Below, one piece after another: positions 1 through 12,035 of a stretch of 64,000 nucleotides of DNA (positions within the stretch are counted from its first letter, which is position 1; every line of letters begins with the position of its first letter). The stretch is from NCBI RefSeq assembly GCF_004010195.1, contig NC_057718.1:91854298-91918297 (forward strand). Direction: 5' to 3'. The notes under the pieces were generated by a model. The model did no database searches and was not told the origin of the DNA. It worked only from the letters and a program-made list of their open reading frames with translations. The translations under genes and the position numbers were made by a program. Origin of the DNA: Chiloscyllium plagiosum. Its lineage: Eukaryota.

Positions 1-753
1 CTGCTTATTTTCTCAATCTAAATGGAAGTAAGTAATTTGAACCAATAAGTAAGTTGCAACCAATAAATTAACAAGATTCAATTTAACACAGGTACAAATT
101 TAGCAAACTCCTTATTAATCACAGCCCTCCAGTGATGGCACCTTTCAGTTTTCCCCCATCGGCAAACCACCCCCCTCCCCCAACTCTAATCTGATGAGGT
201 TGCTTATTCTACTCCATAATTAATTTCTTCCACAAGGAAGATTAATGTAATAGCAAACCAAATTAATTACTGAAATTGGTTTTTGGAGAGTTAATTCTGG
301 TTTGCTAAAAAAAACGTACTGCTGTGAATTCAACTTTTCAGTGAGAAGTGGTTTGCCACCACTTCAAATAATTCCAAATCAAATTTACTACGATTTTAGC
401 ATACCCATACCAAGACTGTTCCAGACAGGTTTCTGATGTTATGAATCACAAACTCAAGGACATATTCAAACACAAATAAAGATGTTCCTGGGCCACAAAG
501 GATTAATACTTTTAAAATAATCTCGACGGCCAACTGTCTTTTTGTTCGCTTACAATGATATTCATATTGCAATAATAAAGGTTATTCATATCTGATGAGA
601 TTTTCAAATGTAAATTACACAGTGAGCAAAACCAGAATAAGATGCTTCATACAAAATGCTTGCATCATATATTCACAAGTAGAAAACTCACCATACCAAC
701 TAAATTACCCAACACAGAGACAATAAAACATATAAATCAAACTAAAGTAGTAC

Positions 754-912
754 CCAGATCCTCAGGAATTTGTAAGACAGACTGATGTAGTTTCTCATCC
801 AGAAGTGGGGTGGAGTCCTTGGTTTCAGGTTGCATGGAGGAAGTTGATGAAAGAGTGGAGGGATGAGATTGTGCACTGGCTGTTGTCAGCGTCGGAAAGG
901 CAATATCAGAAC
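754..912 (-). CDS. RALGAPA2: RALGAPA2 exon (last in window), GSDIAFPTLTTASAQSHPSTLSSTSSMQPETKDSTPLLDEKLHQSVLQIPEDL
   Basis: polypyrimidine+TACAG acceptor, GT donor; 159 nt, phase 1->1; DEKLHxSVLQ motif of the RalGAP-alpha family. Confidence 0.88.
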
Positions 913-1293
913 CTGTAAGAGGAAATGGGAAAATGTGAATCTTGTGTTTATTTAAATGCCTGGAATAAGTTGACACATGTACAAAATACTTCACACGTCC
1001 AAGTAAATAGTACTTTTACTGGGGATGGAAGTTCCTGCAATATTCTGTGTGACTGGTCGACAGCTTCCTTTTCCAGGGCAAATAAAATTTGTGGGCTCTC
1101 AACAGAAACCTTCTAATAACTCAGAATGTAGCTTGAACTTCTTTCCCTTCTTTGACATTCTCCAACAAAATAATCATCAATTGCAATTCCTATAAATTTC
1201 AAGAACTTAAGTACATTTTTAAAATCTCAAGAAAATTCAACAATAGTCAGGCCTCAATGTTACACCGAACAATTCTGAATAATTAGGCATGAT

Positions 1294-1833
1294 TTAACGT
1301 CACTTGTGGTTCCTCTTGAGATATGTTAGTAACACAAACAACACAAAATCAACCAAGTTGTCTGAGCAGTAAATAGTTCACAATTTGCATTAAATGATGC
1401 TCACAATTGCTGATTTCTCAGAAATAAAATTAAATGTATTATAAATTTGGCAATCCAGATAGTTTTCAAATGCAATCTGAAGAGTTGAATACATAGTCTT
1501 GCTTTAAACTTGTTTTCCAGATTTGGGAACCAGCCTCATTGTTGCTTATTGTTCCACCTTTGTGGGTTTGCTTTCATATCGTGGTGAAGAGAATTGAGTT
1601 CAATGCTACACCTGTGAAATGACTGTAATCATAGTTTTATATGTCACTTCTCTCTTCATAATTTTCAAATGCAATCTGAACAATCTGGATTGCCAAATTC
1701 GTAATGCGTGTAATTTTACTTCTGAAAAATTAGCAATTGTGAGCATAATTTTTGTGAATTGCAAAGACACTCTGTTGGCTTTATGCTGTTTGTGTTACTA
1801 ACACATCTCAAGAGGAACTACAAGGGACTTCAA
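1294..1833. mobile_element. MITE-like palindromic element with about 170-bp imperfect terminal inverted repeats
   Basis: ~1294-1460 is the reverse complement of ~1680-1833 (ttcctcttgagatatgttagtaacacaaaca / tgtttgtgttactaacacatctcaagaggaa). Confidence 0.75.
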
Positions 1834-2049
1834 CAAATGAAAGGAATTCCAGAATTCAATTCCCAAAACATTAAAAGTTCTGCATCAAGACCAACGTAAT
1901 AACACATTTTGATGTTATTCAGGATCATAAATCATAAGCACCAGAAAATTCCCAAAATATGCAGATCTTGTTTAATAAAGACAATATTTTATACTGTCAA
2001 TTAGTAAATGTGCATTGGCATTCTTTAAGCAAATATTTCATAACACTCA

Positions 2050-2870
2050 GTAAAAAAATCTATTCCAAGTCAAAAAGAACAATTCAATGAGAAGGATAAA
2101 TTACATCTGGCTAACAAAGGTGTTCAAGGAGTATTCAATGAAAAAAAAAATTGAGTCATACAAAGTGACATAAAACTACTGGCAGGCTAGAAGACTGGGA
2201 AATTTTACTTTTTGTTTTAAAAACCAGCAGATAACTAAAAAGCTAATAAAAATTGATTAAGAAAGTAAATTGGCAAAAACCTCTCCAGGTTGTAAAAAGT
2301 ATAGCTAAACTGCATGTGGGGTTCTTGAAGAATGAAACTCGGAAACTGATAGTAGGAAAATGACAGATAACTTTAAACAATACTTTGTATCAGTCTTCAT
2401 GGTAGAGCACTGGAAATTTCCCTCAGTAACAGATGAGCAAGGCGCTATTGGGAGGAGAGGTCTTCTAACAGTCACTCTCACAAGGGACAAATATTTGTCA
2501 AACTAATATGACTAAAGGCAGATAGGTGACTAAACCTGATAGTCTGCTTTCAAGAGTTTTAAAGAAAGTCGATGCAGGAATGGTGGAGGCATTGTTTGAA
2601 ATATTCCAGAACTCCCATCGATTTTAAGAGGGTTCCAGCAAAGTTGCTAATGGGATGCCTCTGTTTAGGAAGGAGGCAGACAAAAACCAGGAAACTACAG
2701 GCCAGTTAATCTAACACCTGCTGTTGAGAAAATACCAGTGTCCATTATTATTGAAGAAAAAGTATGCTAAAGTTCTTTCATGGAGAGTTGAGAAAGAGCA
2801 ACTGTTAGATCGAGTATATGTAGATTTCTAATCATCACTGCACAAGATAGGAGCTCAATTATTTACTATC
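2050..2870 (+). mobile_element. Degenerate CR1-type LINE ORF2 fragment
   Basis: Broken motifs such as PGNYRPVNLT (ccaggaaactacaggccagttaatctaaca); boundaries approximate. Confidence 0.75.
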
Positions 2871-2879
2871 TATATTCAC

Positions 2880-3272
2880 TTGGAGGAGGAGCAAAGTGCA
2901 ATTTATCCAGTAGCAACGGAATGTACCATCTACAAGATGCACTGTAGAAATTTGCCAAAGATCCTGAGACAGCATCTCCCCAAATCCATGACCAAATCCA
3001 TTGAGAAGCACAAGGGCAGCAGATCCATGGGAACACCACCACCTGCAAGTTCCCCTGCAAGATACTCAGCACTCTGACTTGAAGATATATTGCCATTCTG
3101 TCATTGCTGCTGAGTCGAAATCCTCAGATTCCCTGTCTGAACAGCATTGCGGTGAGACCTACAGTCCATGGACTGCACTGGTTCAATGGCAGCTCACCAC
3201 TTCTCAGGACATGGATAGGCAATAAATTTTGGCCAGCCAGCACTGCCAATGTCTCACAAGAGAATAAAAAAA
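2880..3272 (+). mobile_element. 3' end of LINE family B
   Basis: Homologous to 29535-30207; tail ggcaataaattttggccagccagc...aataaaaaaa is shared with SINE family B. Confidence 0.75.
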
Positions 3273-4869
3273 ATTACACTGCACTAAAAAGCATTATTTC
3301 AACACTTAACTTATTCCACAATTAATTTAAAAACCTCAATGCAAAATGTAATATACATAAATCCTCAATCTAACAAATAATCTTTCATATTATAAATGTA
3401 TCTTTCAAAGTTCAATTGCCACCATATAAGCTTATTTCATGACCCAACAGAGCACATTCAATTTTAAATCATTATTCTCTTAAAGACTTTGAATTTTGTT
3501 TAGGATTATAAATAATTTCACCACTGAGAAAACAATGAGGAGATAACCACTTTCATTCTCCAGCTTTTTGTGTCATCAGTGAGATTAGACATGATGATTA
3601 CAACAAATAGGAGAACGAGGACAAGAAAATCAATCATTGTCCAATTTTTAAACACAGGTTTTTAACATTTCAGTCACCAATCTATACCATTATTACTAAC
3701 TTCTGACATTTATTTTTCCACTCATTTTTATACAAATGCTGTTCATGCTCCATCGCTTTTATGCTTTGGTAGTTAATTTCTGAATGAACCATTGACAGGA
3801 AAAAGTCATACAGAGAATATTTGATGGTGTAAATAAGGGTGACAGCTATTTAAAATTTAATTGCAATCAACAATATAAATAAAGATTAACATCTACATAT
3901 TGTTCAATATGTTTTCCCCTAACAGATGTCAATTTATTAAATAATGGAGCTATATCAACAAAATTCCAATCTAACATGACAAAGTTCTGATTAAAGAGCT
4001 TTGAAAGGTCATAGTTAAGGCAATTTCCTGACTGGTTTCATTGAAAACTCTGGGATCTTGGGGATATCACATTTTTTAGTACTAATACTTTATCTTATGT
4101 TTTTTTCTTTTCGCAATGTTAAATGTTAATATATCCCACCGCACACAAAGATGAAGGAGAATATCTAAAAATTATATTTCAAGGTTCCATTTAATTTGCA
4201 GATGTGCTGAAGGATTGGAGAACAGTTCCACCATTACAGACTGAAAGATGAATTGTGGCTCCATGTGACATAGTGTCGATACTTAACTTCACATTGATTA
4301 CATTTCTAATTCACAGCAACAAGATCAGTCATAACAGGAGCCACATTTGATCCAATTTTTCCATTGGATTGTACAGGAGACCACAAGAGGACACCAGTCA
4401 ATGAAAAGGTAAAGAATCCAAGCAATGGGAAAATGGCACAAGAAATGGCAAGCATTTTTAAAACTTCCAAGGCACTTGAAAACCTTGGTTGGAAATTTAG
4501 CAGGTACACCTTTGGAGCTGACAGGAGTGCCCTACAAGGTCACCTCAATCCAATTAAGGAAATTGGTCCTCAACTTCACTTAACAAGGACAACTAAGGAC
4601 ATGGTCCTTGACTTCACTTAACAAGGACAATAGTCGTCTTTTACTGCGGCTTTTCCTAGTAATAGCAACTGGGGCAAAAACAAAATCCACTCAACTCCTT
4701 TGGCAACTTCAGCTCTGTTGCAATTCGCATCAAACCCACAATTTTACTGTGACTTCCCTTGTAGGTATACATTCTGTGTTACCAGAACCCACACCCTCCT
4801 TTATCAGTTTTTGACTAGTTTTAAGAATTCTAGTTTTGCTATTATTGTTCAACTTAATCACTGTTATAG

Positions 4870-5255
4870 ACAGTGAGGTTGTGATATTGCCACTGGACTA
4901 GTAATTCAGAGCCTCAGTCTAATGTTCTCGGAACATGTGTTTGAATCTCACGATTGGAGATGGTAAAACTTGAATTCAGTAAAATCTGGAATTAAAAACT
5001 CATATAATGGCGACTATGTAACCACTATTGATTGTCGTTACAACCCATCTGATTCACTGATGTACTTGAAGTAAGGAAATCTGCTGCCCGTACCTAATTT
5101 GGCCTACAAGTAACTCTAGATGCACATCAGTGTGATTGACTCCGAAATTCCTTCTGAAATGGCCTTAATAGCCAATCAGCTCACAGGCAAGGACAGACAG
5201 GCAACAAATGCCAGCCTTATTAGACATACACATGCCACGTATAATAATAAAAAAA
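4870..5255 (+). mobile_element. SINE family B, near full length, A-rich tail
   Basis: tRNA-like head (ggactagtaattcagag...tttgaatctc); body homologous to 6905-7187 and 26905-27235. Confidence 0.75.
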
Positions 5256-6904
5256 ATTTAGACATGTGTAGCTGAATAGCAGCACAAATTAACTTTAAGT
5301 GTTCAATAAGAAGGGATATTATATTGCTCCATGAAGTCTCTTCTTATTAGAACGTTAATTGACAAATACTTTCATTCACTTCAACTCTGTGATCCTGCAC
5401 AGTGTTGGCAAGAGGAAACTCCTACAAAACACGTGGGAAAATGACAGTGTTGTGTACGCCTATCTCAAAATAAATTGGGTGAGTTATCATTGTAATAAAT
5501 GTGAATATAATTATTGTAATCCAATGGTAACTGAGAGCTTGCCCAAAAGAAACTAAGTAGTGAAATCACATTTACAGCAAGTGCACGCAAGCTGGGGTTT
5601 GGAAGACTTTGTACATTAATGAGTAAACAATGAAGCTTTTAAAAAACATTTGCTTTTCATTACATGCTGTGATCCATAGCTGCTTAAGGCTTTCCAATGC
5701 TTTCAAGGCATCCCATGTCATCTGGTCCAAAATAAGAATGGGATTGGGCGAGTGATCACAATACTCACCTCACCATAAGCAGAATAGTTTGATGAGTTAT
5801 GATTGTTCTATTTTTACAAAATAAGTATTTAAAACAGTTCTCTCGTGTAGTAAAGGCTCCAAATGTTTTTTTTCATTGAAAATTTCATTTTCAAAAACCT
5901 TTGTATAATTTATGCCATGGAAGCCGTTAAAGAACAATGCTCACTTCATACAGAAAAAGTTAAAATGTATTTAACAATAATACGATTTTGACCTAATTCC
6001 TTTGACAGTATGCTTATATAAACATTTAACAGAATATTTTGAAAATTTGCTCAAGATATCTAGAAGTCTAATTAGAATCAGCAAAGGACTTTGAATCCGA
6101 AGCTCAAACAGCTAATTCCCGAATGATTTGTTTTATCCACTGTGGATAAGTGACAGGTAATTTGATTTTATATGGCCATGAACAAAAGTATCTAAACATT
6201 ATAACAAGTTCAAATTTCCAAAAAAATATTCATTTTAAACGAATAAGTTTTTTAAAAAACTCACTGTATCACCCTACAATTGCCTCAGACAAAAAAAAAA
6301 CATGAGTTAGCTAATGCGGAAGCAGAAAAATGTGAAATAATCAAGAGACCAGAGAAAGGGTATGGGAGGAAAAGAGAGAGAAGAAAATTAGAAGAGAAAG
6401 AAAAAGGGGACAGAGACAGATTAAAAATGGAAATATTCAAACATGGAATAAACAGATCAACATCAGACAAGACAATTAAAATGGGAAAATAAATGTCAAA
6501 GAAAGGCATTGAAAGGAACTGGGTCTCAGATTTAGGCTGTTCTCTGTAACAAAGATAGGCAAGAAAATGGTAAAGTCCTCATAAACATGCAGGTGCATAT
6601 GTGCACAAAGATACACTTGGAAATGCTGAACAGTGATAAGAACCAAAAATCCCACAAGATTATTCTGCTGAGTAAAGGAACACTGAAGCCAACTGTGTCA
6701 CACTTGGCACTATTTCAACTGAAATCAAGAAACTTAGCTAAAACTGGAACCAAGTCTAAGGTCATCCCCTTATACCTCAACTAATGGATAAATTCACACA
6801 GAACTCTCAGAAAACTATAGTATGCATAAGTTAAGTTCTTCAATCAGAAGGTGCATTGATATTAGTAAATGCAACCTTGGGAACAGGAGCATAGTGATCA
6901 TGCT

Positions 6905-7772
6905 GCTCTCATGGCATTATCATTAGAATATGAATCCAGAAATTCAGCTAATGTTCTGGGCACTTGAGTCTGAATCCCATCAAATTTAAATTCAATAATT
7001 AAAAAATCTGTAATTAAGAACCTACTGACCATTGTTAATTATCAGAAAAACCCATCTGGTTCATTAATGTCCTTCAGGGAAGGAAATTTGTCATCCTCAC
7101 CTTGTCTAGCCTGCGTGTGACTCCGGGCCCCCAGCAATATGGTTGACTCTTAACTGCCCTCTAAAATAGCCTAGCAAGCTGGTCAGTTGTATCAATTGCT
7201 ACAAGAAAGGAATGAAATTGGTTGGAGCACCCATCATCAACCTCGGCACCAGAATAGACAACAGCAGAAACAGCCCTGTTGATCCTGTGAAGTCCTCTGA
7301 TCAACATCTGGAGGCAAGTGCCAAAACTGGGAGAGATGTCTTACGGACTAGTCAAGCAACAGCTTTACATAGTCATACTCTCAGAATCATACAATGTCGC
7401 AGATACCACCATCAGCAGGCCTATCCCACAAACAGGACAGACCAAGCAGAGGTGACGGCACAGTGGTATACAGTCAGGAGGGAATTACGCTCAGAGTCCT
7501 TAACATTGACTCCAATGGCACAAAGTCTCATAGCTTCTGGTTAAACACGAGCACGGAAACCTTCCCTTGGCTGATGATTCAGTACTCCTCCATGTTGAGC
7601 AACACTTGAAGGAAGTACCGAGTATGGCAAGGGCACAAAATGTACTTTAGATGGGGGATTTCAACGTCCACCACCAAGCGGCTGAGCAAACACGACTGAT
7701 TAAACTGGCTGGACCCTAAAGGAGATAGCTGTTAGACTGGGTCTGCAGCAGATGGCGAGAGAACAAGAGGGA
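6905..7772 (+). mobile_element. 5' part of LINE family B: SINE-like leader followed by an APE endonuclease remnant
   Basis: NIWRQVPKLGEMSYGLVKQQLYIVILSESY from 7303, QDRPSRGDGTVVYS, MGDFNVHHQ at 7651. Confidence 0.8.
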
Positions 7773-7848
7773 AAAGCAAAATCATACTTGAATTATATAT
7801 AATCAAATGAAAGCTAAATCATTAAGCCTGGACAACTACATCCCTTAC

Positions 7849-8034
7849 CTGTAAGAGTGGTAGCTTTAGAAGAACTTAATTTATGCCAGGTATATACTTT
7901 ACCTCCATCAATAGCATCAGTAGTTATTGCACCAACTTCTGAATCTTCATCAAATATCTTCCACTGAGTTAACAAGAGCTCTGTTTCGTTGAAACCATTG
8001 AAATCATTGGATGCTTCACTGCTGATACTCTCAC
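7849..8034 (-). CDS. RALGAPA2: RALGAPA2 exon, ESISSEASNDFNGFNETELLLTQWKIFDEDSEVGAITTDAIDGGKVYTWHKLSSSKATTLT(G)
   Basis: TAG acceptor, GTAAGG donor; 186 nt, open, phase 1->1. Confidence 0.88.
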
Positions 8035-9309
8035 CTATGTGTTAGCAGAAGAAAGAGTTTCACCTATGTATAAAGTTGATGACCCACCTAGTCAAATAAA
8101 ATTTCGATTAACCTTTTAAAATCAAAATCATTTTAGATACGTTTTAATTTCACACTTCAAATTATAAGATTATTTTCTTATCAAAACACTTCAACCTGAA
8201 ATTGGATTTACTAAGATTAATTAAATTGTCGTAATGTCCAAATTGTCCTGTTAATAAAATATTAACTATCGCAAAATAGAAAAAAAGAAATCACAAGATA
8301 ACCAGGTCACTCCAAACACATAGCAATGCAACAGAAAAAAAATCCCTTGCCACCCAGTGGTTACATGAATGCCCAACACCTCAGCATTTGCCATCTACTG
8401 TCAACCAGTAATACATTAGGTACTAGGGACCATTTTATGTGCATATTTGAGTAATCTTTCTCAAATTCCTCCTTCCTATATGACAGGTAATTATTGCAGA
8501 ATCTATTTGCTTTTACAGCAGAAGTATTCAGTAATACTACTAGTTGACAAAAAACACGATTCTCCTACAAGTTAATCAGGTTTTTATTTTGCACTTTAGG
8601 GAGAAATAGGAGTGCACTAACTCTCAAAGTGGTCCATAATGCCTGCTGTAAAAGCAGCAAGTAAAAGTGAGGGGAGACAAATAGATATTTCAGCATTGTG
8701 AATTGCTCAAGAGCAACAAATAGCAAAAACCATATAGAAGCCCCACATATATTTTGCAGGACACAGATCTGAAAGTCCGAGAGATGAATCAGCTATAAGG
8801 CAAAGTTTGAAAAAAATAGATTAAAACAACTTTGTATTATGGTCCACTTGCCTGCCTTTCCAACAATAGGCAAAAAAAATTACAATTCTAGTGGTGAGAT
8901 CTTGCCACTAATTGAAAAACATATCTCAAGAACAATGATGCCTTTCCTTTCCTCAAACTGTCCAAGATTTTGTTTTTAAGCTGCTGGCCAAACAAATTCC
9001 CTTAAAAGTTGATAGAATAGGGATTCCTCCATTTAAAACTCAAAGCCACATAGTGAAAAAGCAGTAGTTGAACTTCAATCAAAGGTCAGTTGATCCACAA
9101 GGACCTTCACCCCAGATATAGCAGAAGAATGTAATTTGAAGTTCTTGGATAGGTCTGTATGTGGAAAACATTAATAGTGCACACAGCATATTTTAATGGA
9201 ATTGATTCTCCCCTGCAGGGAGGATACTAGGATTGAAGCTGAAAATCTACCTCAATCAAACCATAATAGAATAATTGCAAATTAAAGTGTCAAAGAGCTC
9301 AAAACTCAC

Positions 9310-9403
9310 TTTTATTTCTCAAGCTGCTTCTTCCTTGATATAACTTATGTGTTTCTGCCTTACTTTCTAGGTCACCAGGGCTACTGCTCCTACGTATCAA
9401 GAT
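9310..9403 (-). CDS. RALGAPA2: RALGAPA2 exon, ILIRRSSSPGDLESKAETHKLYQGRSSLRNK(S)
   Basis: TTGCAG acceptor, GTGAGT donor; 94 nt, phase 0->1; RRSSSP motif. Confidence 0.92.
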
Positions 9404-9723
9404 CTGCAACAAAAATGCAAGTGAAATATTTAAGTTGCTCTAGATTACCGTGAGAAAGGCATTTCCACCAACTAATTTTGCTTCTTGCACATTGCATGTT
9501 ATGATTAACAAAATTCACAAAGTTAAGTTTCCGCACAAAGGTATGTGTTTAAGTATCAACACAACAAAATTAACAAGTTTAAAACATTAATGGTACTTCA
9601 TCAAGAAGGTTGCAACACTTTTATACAAATTATTTCGGAAAAAATAAATTGTCTTGCCTGATCATAACAGTGAAATATTGGTTGATGCATTAACTATTAT
9701 AAGCCTGTCCTATAGCGAGCTTA

Positions 9724-11458
9724 TTAATCTTGGAGATGTGGGCAAACAAGCTCAGGGTCATTAATTGATAGAGAGTTCAGACATGGTAACAGTGTTCTGG
9801 GCAAATGGAAGCTTATCCACCTCAGCTTCAGCAGGATTGAGAGTTGCAGAGTGGAAATGGAGGGGCGGGCACTTTTGGAATGCCGACGGGAATTCTGGAG
9901 TATGTATGGGCTGCTTCTCGAACTGGGCACCATCCTGTCTCCTCGTGAGGAACAGACATCTGGAGTGAGGTCAAGATCACTTATTCCTATCACCTTGCCA
10001 TGGTGCAAAGCACCAATGGCTAAAGCAGTGGTAGACAGATCAAGTGTATTGGATCTGTCTCTCGATAGCAGCTACCAACCTATCCGTGGAGACAGATACA
10101 TACACAATGATTAGACAAATGACATTAGTGGGTTCCTCCAACCATTGATCCAGCTTCCCTAAGTGTCTCTGAAAAACCTGCCTGCTGCTTCTACGTTCAT
10201 TTGCACATTATGATGATGTTATTAATGGCCAAGTCCATGGGTCCTCTCTTAGTTAGAGCTGAGGAGGTGCTCGGTCCCTGGCAGTTATCAGATTTTCTTC
10301 CTTAAAAAACTGCAGTCATGCCAGTGATGTATTCACTGGAATGAGCTGTTGTCTTTAATCAAGCTTAAACACTCACTAAGGGGTCATTATCTGAGCTGAT
10401 GAAGCAGACGGAATCCTCTGAGGACGACTCTTTCCTCAGAAATGGAGGATTTGATGCTCTTATGGACTCTGCTTCCTGAGATAATTTGCTCCTCTTCATT
10501 GCTTTGGGAACTGTGGACAAGTTCTGGAAAATATCTAGAAAATGATCTTCTCCGAAGCTTGGTTTTCAGTTCTGGACTTGTACTATCAAGAAGATTGTCC
10601 TCCTCTGGACTACTTTGGCTGTACAGTAAGATCCCATTTTGAATCTCTAGCCTGCTGCTCTTTTCCAATATTTAATGTAACTGGTCAGCTTACTGCTCTT
10701 TGCTTCTCAGTGCTGTGACTGAGAGATCTCAATTACTTGCTAAACATGTGACTGAGAGATCTCAATTACGTGCCTGGGCCAAACATCAAACCTCTGCTGC
10801 TTCTGGAATTTGAGGAACCCAATAACTCAGTCATCTTATGATTCTGCAACTGTCTGCACATTTCCTGCATCCTCATCCCCATGAAAATGCCTCCACAGCA
10901 ACAGGGCACCTTGTACTCAACCCTCAAGCAGTGCCTTGATGGCACCCACTACACTGGTTTGCAGACTCAGAGAGGACTTTGTTGAAACACCATTCTGATA
11001 TCACCCTAGTAATATCATTATTGACTCAAATTGGCTAAGATGTTGCCATAGAGAAAAAAGCAACAGGCAACCAGCGCCCCCCCCCCCCCCCCCAGGCTCC
11101 TGGGTAATTCACAAAAGGCACATGGCTTGAAGACATAGCCTATTCTCTGCAAACAAAGCAATGTATAAATTCACGTCACTTCAAACAACACACTTGAGCT
11201 GTTCACAATCGACAAAGCGTGCAAGTTCCCCTTTACTTTCTCCACGGCAGTGCTGCAGCCAATGACACACTTGCCAAATTCACACCATTTTCTCAATTGT
11301 TGTGACCATTTCAAATTTGGATTTCTAACATTTGCCCGGATTTGTTTAACAAAAAGCTTTGCCAACACACCAAAATAAAGTTAAGGGCAGATCAATCTTA
11401 AATATTGAATAAAGAGACAAGTGTTTCAAACGTTCACTGTTTTTGTGTATCATCTTAC
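9724..11458 (-). pseudogene. Probable decayed remnant of an ancestral giant RalGAP-alpha exon inside the intron
   Basis: Non-repetitive, Ser-rich broken ORFs on the gene strand (10387-10668, 9724-10071); ends in PRTLLPCLNSLSINDPELVCPHLQD, like the recalled RALGAPA1 long exon. Confidence 0.6.
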
Positions 11459-11559
11459 AACTGGAGCTTCGGTTTCTTTTCCTTCACATTTTCTGTTTTC
11501 AACAGTGGCACTCTTTGAATCAGAATTACTGAAGCTAGCTGAGTGTTCCCTCTTTTGTC
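11459..11559 (-). CDS. RALGAPA2: RALGAPA2 exon, GQKREHSASFSNSDSKSATVENRKCEGKETEAPV
   Basis: TACAG acceptor, GTAAGA donor; 101 nt, phase 1->0, needed to reconcile the phases of neighbouring exons. Confidence 0.85.
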
Positions 11560-11593
11560 CTGTAATAAACACACAATGCATGTGATGTTTAGA

Positions 11594-12035
11594 CAATTGT
11601 TACTTGTGCCATGCATGTATCACCCTCTGTGAAAAACTTATCCCTCAGTTCCTTTATAAATTTTTCCCCTCTCACCTTGAACCTATGTTCTTTAGTTTTG
11701 GACACACCCACCCTAGGAAAAAGACTTTGACTACTCACCCTATCCAGGCCCTCATGATTTTATAAACCTCAATAAGGTCACCCCTCAGCCTCCAATGCTC
11801 CAAGGGAAAAAAGTCTTTCCTTACAGCTCAAACGCTCGAGTCCGGGCAACATCCTTTTATATCTTTTCTGCACTCTCTCAAGTTTAATAATATCCTTCAA
11901 GAAGTGGGGGAGGGTACAAGTGTTAACATTTATAAGGCAACTGGATGGGTATACGAATAGGAAGGATTTAGAGGGCCATGGATCAAATGCTGGCAAATGG
12001 GACAAGAACAGATGTTTCCGTCCTGTTTGACTCTC
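11594..12035. mobile_element. CR1-type LINE 3' fragment with an inversion (11594-11898 minus, 11899-12035 plus)
   Basis: KDIIKLERVQKRYKRMLPGLE on the minus strand; CR1 3' UTR on the plus strand. Confidence 0.75.

Noticed and set aside
5769..5807. 39-nt minus-strand exon candidate with a strong GTGAGT donor
   Set aside because: Poor acceptor tract, in-frame stop, no other support
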